Shown here: positions 25,701 to 35,385 of the stretch, in pieces
Layout: each line of letters starts with the position of its first letter
Numbering within the stretch: position 1 is the stretch's first letter
NCBI GenBank assembly: GCA_907165135.1
Contig: OU015569.1
Span: 4,154,001-4,218,000 of the forward strand
Direction: 5' to 3'
DNA length: 64,000 nucleotides
From: Oikopleura dioica
Lineage: Eukaryota; Animalia; Chordata
Program-made: the position numbers and the translations under genes
The notes under the pieces: generated by a model
The model's input: the letters and a program-made list of their open reading frames with translations, nothing else
What the model was told of the DNA's origin: nothing
Database searches by the model: none

Positions 25701-28700
25701 GTTTAATAGCCCCGTTCTGCCAATCCCTAAGAAATCTGGGGAAATGCGCTTCTGCATCAACTACAAGAACAGCTTGAACAAATGCCTCTCCGACAAATCC
25801 GACCCATATCATCTTCCGAGCATGGAGGATACGATCGCGAACATTGGACCGGGCAACAAGTATTTCGCCACAGTTGATTTGCGGAGCGGATATTGGCAGT
25901 GCCCTATTAAGAAAAGCGATAGGTATAAGACTTCCTTCCAGTGGGGTGGGAAATCTTACGCCTTCTGCAGATTACCTTTCGGTTATCGATGCTCGGGGAA
26001 TATATTCTCGCGCGTCGTAAACACGATTCTCGACTCAAGCCCCACCAGGAAGAAGATGCTTTCTTATATCGATGACATAGTATGTTTTGGGAAGTCTTTC
26101 AGCTGCTATTACAACACTCTCCGAAACCTATTCATCGCGCTCCGCAAGTTTAACGCTAAACTCAAGGGCGAAAAGTGCTCTTTCCTACAATCAGAAGCTC
26201 ACTTTTGGGCCGAATCATCAACGAAGAAGGAATCAAACCGGACCCTGCGCAAGTCTCCGCCCTTCGTCAGATGAAACCCCCACGCTCCCAAAAGGAGTTA
26301 GCTTCATTAATCGGGTCATTGAATTGGATCCGAGGTTTTCTAGAAACAAAAATGGGCGAAGCTATTTCATCCGGTTGCTTCTCGAGCAGAATGAAACCCA
26401 TAAACGATGTTCGAAATTCGGCGAACGAAACAAATTGTTTCAAGTGGACCAAAGAAGCGGATTTGGCGCTCAAGGAAATTCAACGACGACTCTCCGAGAC
26501 TCCTGTCATAAGCTTTCCTAACTTTGACGAGTCTTTTCACCTCTACACAGACGCGAGCCTGTACGCAGCGGGTGGTGTTCTGCTACAAGAGTATGGCGGG
26601 AGAGTGCACCTAGTAAGCGCGATTTCCCACACCTTCAACAAAGCTGAAAGAAAATGGAACACTTCAGAAAAGGAAATGTTTAGCATTGTCTGGTGCTGCG
26701 AGCGACTGGAAAAGCTCCTGAAAGGTAGATTCTTTCAGATTCACACAGACCACAGATCTTTGATCTTCCTACACAAAAAGAAGTTCAAGAATTCTAAAAT
26801 AAGCCGATGGCAAAGCCGATTGGAAGAATTCGATTTTCACATTGTCTACATCAAGGGATCAGAAAATCAATTCGCCGATTTTATGAGCCGCAGACCTGGC
26901 GAGGACGACAAATCACTTGGATACGACTCTGAGTTTCCCGTTGGTCGCGAGTACGAAATCGACAAGAATTCACCAGTACGTGTCTTCGTCCCTTTCTGGA
27001 ACGAAAATCAGTTTCCGGAGAAAATCACTTTATCAGAGGTGAAGATACATAAGGTAAACGTCAAGGCTATCGCGGCGCCAATGGAGATTCCGTTGGTGTC
27101 AGCGAATTATAATAACATTCTGGACTATCAAAGGGAGGACTCTGCTCTGAGTGCAATCATCACTTTTCTGGAATCTGGTAAGGAGCCACTGGACATAAAA
27201 TCGCTGGTGAAGGACTCCGACCACCGACAATCGTCTCTACTCAAGATGGAAAAAGCTCTGTTCCTGGATAACACTACCGGGTGCTTGATGTGTCAATTCA
27301 AATCTGGCGCGCGGGCGGTGGTACCGGAAGCGGTAAAAAGTCACTTTCTCTTTCTAGCTCACGACTTGTCCGGTCATCTGGGCGAGCCGCGGACTTTAGA
27401 GCGATTAGAGGACGTTTGGTGGCCTTCATTTCAAGACGATGTTTCTAACTACGTCCACAGCTGCGTCCCTTGCCTACGCAGAAAAGGATCTGCTGGAACT
27501 CGTACCAAACCGCCACTTGGAACCCTTCGTCGTGGAAAAACAGCTGGCGAATCGATTCAGATCGATTTCGCTTGTATGCCTCCCGCTGGCGGATTCAAGT
27601 ATTATTTGGTGGTGGCGGACACTTTCTCTCGCTACACTTGGTGCATTCCGACGCGGTCCGACACTGCTATCCGCGCTGCAAAAGCGCTCATCTACAAGGT
27701 CTTCCTTCCCATGGATTTCTTGCCGAAACATCTACACAGTGACAGAGGTACCCACTTCTGCGCAAGCGTGATTGACGAAATGTGTAAGCTTAACCAGATA
27801 AAACATACAATAAGTACCGCATTTCACCCTCAATCAAACGCTTTCGCAGAAAGAGCGAATCGGACTATCAAAAACAGTCTATTCTGCATGGTCAACTCAT
27901 CTTCCGGTCGAAAAACTTGGGCCGACTGCGTTCCCCACGTGATGCGCGCGCTCAATAGTGTGAAAAACAAAAGCACGAAAATTTCACCGCGAGAAGTTTG
28001 GTTTGGCCGAAAAAGTACTTTCACCCACTCTACTGGCGCAGAAATGACAGCGGAAACACCTCAGGTGTTTGGTCTCAATGTGGGAGCTTTAGCGAAATCG
28101 GCGGAAGCCATTGTGAAAACTGCGATGGAAGCTGCTGACCGAGCCATGGAGCACAGGCTGAAAAACGAGCCTAAGCCGAGACCAATCCCCGCTGGCGCTG
28201 TCGTGTACATTAAGCGAGAAAACCTGACCGACGCTAAAAGCAAGAAGGAACGCTGGGTAGGTCCCCTGAAAGCCGTTTCGAGCAACGACTGGGTCGTCAT
28301 GGTCGAAGATAAAAAAGGACAACGTGATTTCATCCATCGAGAACACGTGGTTCACGCCGCAGAACGAAATCACGACTTACGCTGGATTGATTACTACGAG
28401 GCCGAGTACGTATTCCCACATTTAACCGAAATCGTTAAGTCGAAAGTCCCACAAAAATCGCCTGTTCCTACTTCCAAACCGATGGAAAAGTCCGGGTCGA
28501 AGTCGCATGGGGGGAGGAAATCTTCTCAGGTCGCGTCGACTCCGATGGTTGCTATGGAAAAACCGCCAAGATCATCTCTATCACCTATTTTGGAAAGTAG
28601 ACGCCGATTGGACATGGAAAATCTGGGAGATACAACCGCTACATCTATTTTGGACTCGTCGGTAGCTCCAGCCGAGCCGTCAGATCGCTGGTACTCTGGT

Positions 28701-30170
28701 GGTACTCTTTATGAAACTGCCGAGGACATGTCAGCTGATGCTACAGTGATTTCGGAGGTTGCTGCGCCCGACAATAGCCATATGTCAGTCGATAAACATA
28801 ATTCAACAGTAGTTGAGGGCTCAGCAACTGAAAACAGCAAGAAAAGAACCCGTCCAAAGTCTTCACCAGATCGTCAATACTCAGCCGGCGCCGATCCGAA
28901 TGCGACTTTAACCGAAGTTGGAGCAGCTCATCTCCCGAAACATACAAAACGAGCACACCGTGAAACGAGGCCCGTCGAACCTCTAAACATCGGCACAAAC
29001 TCGGGTCAGTCATACGACTAAGCGCAAGTACTGCCCCACTCAGGTCCCCTATTCATCGACCGGGGCCTGAAAAGGTACGGAAATTATCACAGTTTACCGT
29101 CGCCGACGTATTTTGAGTTCTTCTACATGTGCAGCTACTCCTTCATGTCATCACCGCTCGGACATCACGAAAACTTCGCATCTGATTCAAGCTTTTTCCC
29201 AAAAAAGGGTTTTTTAACGCGAATCAGACTGCCTCGACGTTTCGAACCTGCCATGTTACTCATCTTACGCTTATACTCCTGCAAAAATCACACACTTTGG
29301 CCTTAGAGGACGTTTCAGTCTCATGGGGGGTATTGGGATCTTAGATTCGTTAGACTCCCTCGTCCCCTAAGGTCACTTGCTTATCTAGATCGAGCTTTGC
29401 TCGGTCGCCGCCGTGTATTTCTCTTCATTCGGTAATTCACGCAGTTCGTGAATTAACCTCTATTTTACTCCAGCTCGAAATACAGACGTCAAAGATACTT
29501 TACTCGTTTTCTTCACTCGTCCAGATATAGAGAGCAGGCAAACTACGCTAGAAGTGGGAGATTCAGCAGAAGCTAGGATCCCTTCAATATATAAAAAAAG
29601 ACGTGGATTTACCTGCTGTCGAACGTGGCTATTGAATTTAGAGGAAAGTGCTGCAGTAAGAGTCGAATCGATGAAATTCTTGACCCAGAAGAAGTTGGGC
29701 TCGACCGCGAAGTCATCCGCTTCAGTAGTGGAAAAGTCGTAGTCGAGACCGTAGGAATGATTGAGAGTCGATTTTAGATACCAGAGTGTCTTTCGTGAAG
29801 TGGCGCCGACCATTTGCACACCATCGTTGGAACTAGAAAGGGTTTAGAACGATTCAGAAGGTCGAGTTCCTTTTACCTTTGACTCCAAGTTCGGACGCGA
29901 GAAGGCGGAGTCACTGCGCCTGTGCACGGCGGGCTAAGTGCAGTCAGCTCTTGTGGATCTACGCCTTTTTTGTGTATGCTTCGTCCAAACTGTTTTTTGT
30001 CCTCGGACGTCAGTTTGCAGCTATCAGAAATGATGAAAACGCCTTACTATCAAAGTGTACCTGTAGCTTTCCAGTCGTGCATCAATTCTCGATCCATCGA
30101 GACAATCTTCTTCGAAAACGCTGAGTATGGACGATAAAGTATCGAAATTGTGGTTTTCTAAGAACTTCAT
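22751..30170 (-). CDS. MAF1: Repressor of RNA polymerase III transcription MAF1; 6 exons, intron 3 contains the LTR element
   Basis: Spliced product: MKFLEN...[16 protein letters not shown]...[24 protein letters not shown]...EPNFFWV...QQ|[22 protein letters not shown]...[26 protein letters not shown] introns at 30021-30060, 29833-29876, 23081-29612, 22954-22996 and 22765-22811 all keep the frame. Confidence 0.93.
23102..23357 (+). repeat. 5' LTR
   Basis: TATTGGGATC...GGATCCCTTCA; matches 29331-29586 with no difference seen by eye. Confidence 0.97.
23359..23370 (+). promoter_or_regulatory. Primer binding site (initiator tRNA-Met type)
   Basis: TGGTATCAGAGT, separated from the 5' LTR end by 1 nt. 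Confidence 0.9.
23869..26274 (+). CDS. Gag-protease-RT (N-terminal part) polyprotein
   Basis: Aspartic protease [10 protein letters not shown] motifs [22 protein letters not shown] and YIDD. The pol frame is left at about 26206. Confidence 0.95.
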   Translation: MAANKSLLETVTEIRSINDRVNYLEEQVRNDESLKPSLEPLITESRVKLEQLSTTLLTCELDQGKDSTNATMREEAWVATTWSRHVQDLPKLDAACNTSFNTFLGRADIYHRAYVRDRPSREQPFIAAVYSHFDLNIERSLGTEFLNCQDWKSAKALLEKSFAAKSHYLLKLSEVFDVEYDHSKPFAHYTANVLQKMNEAKQATLNSYRQEKSADAGVDEIFDIFSTMMLYLNLRKEEPDVFNAILPSLSKVYDINELCRLAQSTRQNRVDSATVSQHFNRNKNKKKKNAKRASNDSKDGKDDKQPESKKINTTKNVEDFQPFDVHFYTVKKKRPGKAYFASATIITGSKSFDVSMEVDSGAESSCLSAAYVPDEFLQMLKPCPFKVTGFSPNIPAEQPMGILPCRLSFNGGPASSLNLTIMPGSKYPSLLGRDILENAMTDSFTVDNKNRTLSFCYNEAFTQTETQVVKLDGVKRTKIKKYLTTRSAVKDSDRSRTQPPPKVPKLDAPNKNAARCPIQLAKQKLGITLPANADPGQKKVVAELCLDFDDRFGCDGQKMGEFPFEIEIPTDGTSRNISQHPIPQAFHGQVTDHISELLDTKIIEEIKDQKGFNSPVLPIPKKSGEMRFCINYKNSLNKCLSDKSDPYHLPSMEDTIANIGPGNKYFATVDLRSGYWQCPIKKSDRYKTSFQWGGKSYAFCRLPFGYRCSGNIFSRVVNTILDSSPTRKKMLSYIDDIVCFGKSFSCYYNTLRNLFIALRKFNAKLKGEKCSFLQSEAHFWAESSTKKESNRTLRKSPPFVR
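26175..29021 (+). CDS. RT thumb-RNase H-integrase (pol continuation after a 1-nt frame break)
   Basis: LGRII...KPDP. RNase H motifs YTDAS, EKE, TDHRSL and ADFMSR. Integrase HHCC (AHDLSGHLG...CVPC), D,D35E ([20 protein letters not shown]) and WVGP. Confidence 0.95.
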   Translation: MLFPTIRSSLLGRIINEEGIKPDPAQVSALRQMKPPRSQKELASLIGSLNWIRGFLETKMGEAISSGCFSSRMKPINDVRNSANETNCFKWTKEADLALKEIQRRLSETPVISFPNFDESFHLYTDASLYAAGGVLLQEYGGRVHLVSAISHTFNKAERKWNTSEKEMFSIVWCCERLEKLLKGRFFQIHTDHRSLIFLHKKKFKNSKISRWQSRLEEFDFHIVYIKGSENQFADFMSRRPGEDDKSLGYDSEFPVGREYEIDKNSPVRVFVPFWNENQFPEKITLSEVKIHKVNVKAIAAPMEIPLVSANYNNILDYQREDSALSAIITFLESGKEPLDIKSLVKDSDHRQSSLLKMEKALFLDNTTGCLMCQFKSGARAVVPEAVKSHFLFLAHDLSGHLGEPRTLERLEDVWWPSFQDDVSNYVHSCVPCLRRKGSAGTRTKPPLGTLRRGKTAGESIQIDFACMPPAGGFKYYLVVADTFSRYTWCIPTRSDTAIRAAKALIYKVFLPMDFLPKHLHSDRGTHFCASVIDEMCKLNQIKHTISTAFHPQSNAFAERANRTIKNSLFCMVNSSSGRKTWADCVPHVMRALNSVKNKSTKISPREVWFGRKSTFTHSTGAEMTAETPQVFGLNVGALAKSAEAIVKTAMEAADRAMEHRLKNEPKPRPIPAGAVVYIKRENLTDAKSKKERWVGPLKAVSSNDWVVMVEDKKGQRDFIHREHVVHAAERNHDLRWIDYYEAEYVFPHLTEIVKSKVPQKSPVPTSKPMEKSGSKSHGGRKSSQVASTPMVAMEKPPRSSLSPILESRRRLDMENLGDTTATSILDSSVAPAEPSDRWYSGGTLYETAEDMSADATVISEVAAPDNSHMSVDKHNSTVVEGSATENSKKRTRPKSSPDRQYSAGADPNATLTEVGAAHLPKHTKRAHRETRPVEPLNIGTNSGQSYD
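29322..29330 (+). promoter_or_regulatory. Polypurine tract (short G-run)
   Basis: CATGGGGGG directly abuts the 3' LTR start at 29331. Confidence 0.75.
29331..29586 (+). repeat. 3' LTR
   Basis: 256-bp direct repeat of 23102-23357. Confidence 0.97.
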
Positions 30171-30432
30171 GTTTTCGTATAATTTTGATGGATGTAACGA
30201 GACGCTGTGTAGAGAATTTTTAGTGCGCGCTTTCTGCTGAATCGATAAAAAATTATACAAGGTCGTGTCTGCGCGCGGGGTCAAATCAATCTGAATTCAA
30301 TTTCGCCTGAAAAAGAGAAAAAACAAAATTTCTAGGGACCATTCTAGAACAGATCTTATTCAATGTGATCAATTGAATTTTCGCTCAGGGGGACAGTTTC
30401 TTTTTTTTTTTGCTTCTCACTCGTGTATGTTT

Positions 30433-31759
30433 TTAAAACATCTCTCCGATGCCCATATCAGATTCTTCGATATCCATCGCTTCGACTCTCTTCGATTTTT
30501 TCATGAGCTCTTTCATCTCACCATCTTCTAACCAGGCCCATCTGAAAAATATTATTAAGATTAAATAGTGCCAAGGTCGTTTAGGAATTATCATGTCATC
30601 AATTATTTGCCAAAACGCCCTGTGTAAACTCCCTTTTACTGGCTTGTTTTTCAGATTGATTAAGTTAGTTTGAGAGGAAATAAAATTTAATTTTAATTTA
30701 AATTTTGTAAATTAATTCGAAGGGAGTCACGAAAAATAAGATTGAGATTGTAATTATGGCGACGCGGCTTTTATTAAACCTCTTTCAAGAACCTGATTGA
30801 GGCCTATACAAAGGTTGCCAAGCCCTAGTGATAGGATATCAAATGCTTAAATAAAAAGTACCTTTGATCGTCTCCTTCGACGACAATAGAATTGAACGTT
30901 CTTTTGTCCCACGATGAAACGGCATTCACGTCGGATACTTCTCCGGTCTCTTTGTTCCACACTTTCGTTAGCTTGACGTTGAAGCTTGTGATTGCACAAC
31001 CTAGAAAAGTCTTAATACAAAAAGTTCCGTAATAAACGAACCAAAAAGTTTGAGGAGACGAGACTGCATCGCAGTGATAGGCTCTCCGTCCTTCGCGAGG
31101 AAGAAATCCTTCATCAATGTTACAACTCCGTCTTTAAGCATCGTGGGCAGCTTGAGTCGTTCACGAAGGTGCGACTCGATCGCAAATGAAAACTGGGGCA
31201 ATGGCCCAGCAAGAACCTGGGTATTTTTTAGAAAATAGAGTTGTTGATTATTGCGTACCTTGACAGTTACTTCTGAAGTTTCTCCAGCTCTAGCAAAGGA
31301 TGCAGAGTTGTACTTGTTAAAGTACTCGACGACTTCTTCTTCTTTTTTATTGGTAAAGAGCAGTCCAGTTTCCCCGACTGAAATATTCATCACTTTTATC
31401 AAAGTTAAAATTGCTTACCTAAGCTCTGAGAGAACTTGTGAAGGCCTTCTGCGGTTTCAAGCTCTTTTGACTTTCCAAAGGCGACTTGGCAAAGTTTATT
31501 TTTGCCTTGGTAAAATCGAGAGTCATCTTTGAATTCAGTGCGCAACTCCTTCAAGTGATTGTTGCGAGTGTTCTCCAGCGAATAAATGAATATTCTCTCG
31601 TAACTGTTGACGAAGTCTTGGATCTGTGACACAATCTGAACATCGCCATTGGAACACAATTGACTTGATAAGGCACAATACCTTTTCTTTGTGCTCAAGG
31701 CCGACTTGCTTCTTCGTCTGGGTGAGAGAATAGGTCTTATCTCGTCGCGATTTCGGCAT
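30433..31759 (-). CDS. MRTO4: mRNA turnover protein 4 / 60S biogenesis factor; last exon tentative
   Basis: MPKSRRDK, FYQGKNKLCQVAFG, GETGLLFTN, FARAG, GPLPQFSFAIESHLRERLKLPTMLKDGVVTL and EPITAMQSRLLKLFG. Confidence 0.92.
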
Positions 31760-31997
31760 AGCAAAGTTATACTTGGTCTAAATTGGGGTGAAGGTCAATG
31801 GAAAGCCTTTTGGAGAATTATATGAATTATGTACATTTTGCTGAAAACTTGTACAATTTTGAACATAGTAATAATAATACAGGTTAGTTCATTCGATAGA
31901 AGAGACTGCACAAAGAAACTCCAGCATTGAACAGGGACAGAAAAATAGAATACCGATTGAAGGACTTTCTTGATACCGCTGTGGATAGAGATAGATG

Positions 31998-32791
31998 CTA
32001 AAGTGCAGAGTAGGGCGGCGGCTGAGGGTTATCGGGAGGTCTTGTTATGATGAAATAAGAATGCCTTGGATGCGATTTAAACGGAGACAACTCGAACTGA
32101 AATACCTTAATTCTTCTGGAATAAGTCGTTGCGCGTCTTCTTCAAGCGAGTCGTCGTAGATTCTAAGGACGTTGAGTGCAGCTCCTAGCAGGGCAGTGAC
32201 AGCCGCCGAGATCATGTACCAGTAAGCACGCGAAAAATCGGCGGAAACCTAAATTACCACTGCAAAAAAGGATGGGATGGGTTGATTACCTTTGATCCTC
32301 TAAAGCGTGGATAAGAAGAGAGGTCTTGAACAAGCGATTCGGAGAAAGCGAACCACAAGCCCGCCGAAATCATAATTAAAGAGACGCTGAAGAAATGAAG
32401 AACACTGTAGCGACGAAAAAGCTTGACGAACAAAGGAACTGTAAAACCACCTGCTTCGATAATGAAGCAATTAATTTCCAGCACGAGAGCGAAGATCATA
32501 AGCAAGGAGCCGTAAACTGCGACTATAGTAAGAATTAGCATAGGTTCTTATCACAAAAGCATACCTTTGGATATACCGTCGAGATACAGTTCATTACTCC
32601 AGACATTTGATAGGCCAATATACGACAGGGGCCATTTTTCTGGGTCGACACCATGTAAACTTAAAAGTTGAAGTTAAGATTAGAGTTTCAAATCGGGTCT
32701 ACCTGATGACCGCCGGATCAAAACAGGCGGCGACGAGAAGAGAGATAGAGACACTAGTGGCAAGAGCAGCAGGCAAGTTCTTTTCCTTCAT
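31998..32791 (-). CDS. Claudin/PMP22-like four-TM membrane protein
   Basis: Spliced product has four hydrophobic segments, IGLSNVW in the first loop, YWYMISAAVTALLG at TM4 and a PPPY motif at the C-terminus. Confidence 0.5.
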
Positions 32792-33757
32792 TTTGTCCGC
32801 AAAATTAAATCGCGACTAAAGAAATAAAAATTATAGTTTATATAGAATACAAAAAAGAGTAAAAAATATGCACCTGTATGAGATTTTCATCTTCCGTGTC
32901 ACCAGTGTTCGTTTCTGACTCCTCTTCTTCATTGTGCAGGTTTTGGAAAGAAACCATTTAAGAAAACCGATTTCTAAATCAATGAAAAATGAGAGAGGAT
33001 CAGATTTGGAAAGATTAAATTGCACAGAGTCATAAAAGTCACCACGGAGTCTCAGAATCGGCAGGTAAAGCGTTCGCAGGTACTTCATCGGCGTCGTTGG
33101 CAGCTTTTGGCTCGACTTTCTTGCTACACCAGTAGTAGGACGCCCCCTAGTGCGTGTAAAACTATCAGCATGAATCATAAACGAGGGAATACCTGATGAG
33201 TCATGGTTGAATAAAGCGTTCCCCTTGGTAAGAATAAGCGGTCCCCTGCTTCCACGTTATATCTATCGCCAGTAACCATGTCTTGAGAAAATTACAAATC
33301 AGAGCTAGACATAAAGACATACTTGTAAATATCATGTTTCCTTGCTGCATGAAGACGCACTCATCCGCTTCTTGACTAGTTAGGGTTTTACAAGTGGAAC
33401 ATTAGAACATTACTTTTTCAATACAAAGAAACAAACATATTTTAAAAAGAAATGCGTTTAACCCTTGGCGAAATAGACTATTTCAGACCATTTTCCTCTC
33501 TCTTGTTGGATATTGAGTTCCTGGTGGGTCAGTCCACTCGTACTGGCTCCACGCTTTTCCTGCTTTCTTGGAATTAAAGAAAAATATATAAAGAAACAGA
33601 TTCGATTTGAGAGTATAATTCATAGACTCGAATCATGCAGAATTCTTAACTCTCCTTGTCTCAACGCCTGCTGCACGGAAGCATATGATCGGAATCTCGC
33701 CTTTGTGTGCTTCACAACAGGACCCTCCATTCTTAACACACACATGTCAGACTTTGA

Positions 33758-34390
33758 TTAAAAGCGTACTACTTTTGGTTTCTTTTTAACAGTAACAACT
33801 TCTTTTTTGCGTTCTTTTATGACGAGTGCTTCGGTGTTCTCCATCGGGTTGAAAGTCGTCGCGACTTCTCCCGTCTCTGGATTATCCTCTTTCCCTATAA
33901 AATAAGCTAATACGCAATTAGTACCAATCTCAAAATACCTAATCGCTTCGGACAAGCATGGTAGTAGTGTGTAACGTCTCCACAAAATTTGCAACTTCCA
34001 CCCTCTGGATAAAGTCCTCTTGGATTCGACGGACAATTGAGCGCTCTGTGGTCCTTTTCTCCGCAAATAAAGCACACTCTGTCTTTTAGTTTCTTTCCCA
34101 TGCCTTCTGTTTTCTCGGGGCAGTCCTCGACGCCGTGTCCTGGTCTCCGACAATTAAAGCAGACCATTTTGTCTAATAAGTACATGTAAGTATACCCGAC
34201 AAACGCGATCCCTACTTTTCTTGTTTTCTTGTCGTTTTAGGCGACGATTTTCGGATCGTTCAATCTTGTGAGCTGCTTTTGCTTCTTCTTCAAGCTTAGC
34301 CTTCATTTTGCTCAAATTCATATCGTTCCAGTCTGTTCCTTTGTGCTCATGCCGATGACTATTGCCTTTGTATCTTGCGTATCGAGTCAT
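33758..34390 (-). CDS. ZCCHC9: CCHC zinc-knuckle protein 9-like
   Basis: RRLKRQ, CFNCRRPGHGVEDC, CFICGEKDHRALNCPSNPRGLYPEGGSCKFCGDVTHYYHAC and terminal KPKVVRF. Confidence 0.85.
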
Positions 34391-34688
34391 TTCTAATTAA
34401 GACAGGATCAAGTAGCTCATCCAGAATTAGCTTATAAATCAGAAAAAAATTATTTCTCAGAATATCTTTATAAATCGAAAATAATATCACAAAATGAGGA
34501 AAATTTAAACTCTGATTATCACTCCTGACTAACTAATTTTATTTCCCTTGAGAAGTAGCACTAATGCCCTATCTTTATCAAATGCGCTTATTTCTGGAAA
34601 TTTAGTCAGTCAGAAATGACAATCGCGGACCGATTCGCGGTACAATGCGAGTATCAGGAAAAGATGCAGAAGAAAGCCAATTTAACGG

Positions 34689-35385
34689 TCAATGCCACTC
34701 GATTTCATCAGGCCGAACAGGACGCTTCAATGGCTCTGTCGTCTCTTTGTTAATATCTTTTGACATTGACTTCCGCATATCGTACGCGTCTTCTTCCAGT
34801 CCATCTTTCGAAGAGGCGCCATAATAATTAAGAACTCGTCGGTACGTAGTGTATCCCAAGTTTTTATAAAGCTCGTGAGCTACTGTATTCGTCTGGCGGA
34901 CAAAAAGATCTAGAATAACTTATCGAGATGGAATAAAACAGATTATTTCTTTTGAAGGTGACTTTCTCTAACGGGGGATCTTTTTCAAATTGATAAATAT
35001 TGAGAGTTCCCTACCTACGAACCAAGTATTTTTCTTTTCTGACACCTCTTCCAAAAGGTTCATTAATTTTCTAGCGAGGCCGAGTCGCCGATATGTAGGC
35101 TGCACCGTAAGAGCAGTGACATGACCGTGCCATTGCCTCATCGAATCTTTTCCCTAGAAACTACGTTCAACAATTCATTTAAGAAACAAAGTACATTACT
35201 TCAGACTTTCCCATTATATAGCCCTGAATGTCACCATTAGGCGCCTCCGCGGTGAAATAATATTCTGGCCATTTGGCTTGATAGTGGAGGTAAAACGGCA
35301 GTCCGTACGTTTCTGTTAGAGGATCCAAATTCACCTTGTTGAATTTGAAAAGATCAAAACAAGAAAACGGTCTTATTTCGGTCAT
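34689..35385 (-). CDS. NAA20: NatB catalytic subunit N-alpha-acetyltransferase 20
   Basis: VNLDPLTETY, WPEY, YIMGKSE|G, WHGHVTALTVQPTYRRLGLA, FV|DLFVR and EDAYDMRK across three exons. Confidence 0.95.

Larger units (their letters stand above)
23102..29586 (+). mobile_element. Full-length Ty3/Gypsy LTR retrotransposon, 6485 bp (Tor-like if the host is Oikopleura)
   Basis: Two identical 256-bp LTRs, ATAT duplication at 23098-23101 and 29587-29590, PBS, PPT, and domain order gag-PR-RT-RNaseH-IN. Confidence 0.97.

Noticed and set aside
26175-26274. Programmed ribosomal frameshift between two retroelement ORFs
   Set aside because: The break is inside RT rather than at gag/pol, there is no canonical slippery heptamer, and talin shows the same type of homopolymer shortfall.
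29022-29330. Envelope gene, as in some Tor elements
   Set aside because: Only about 300 nt are available, with no signal peptide or convincing TM segment.
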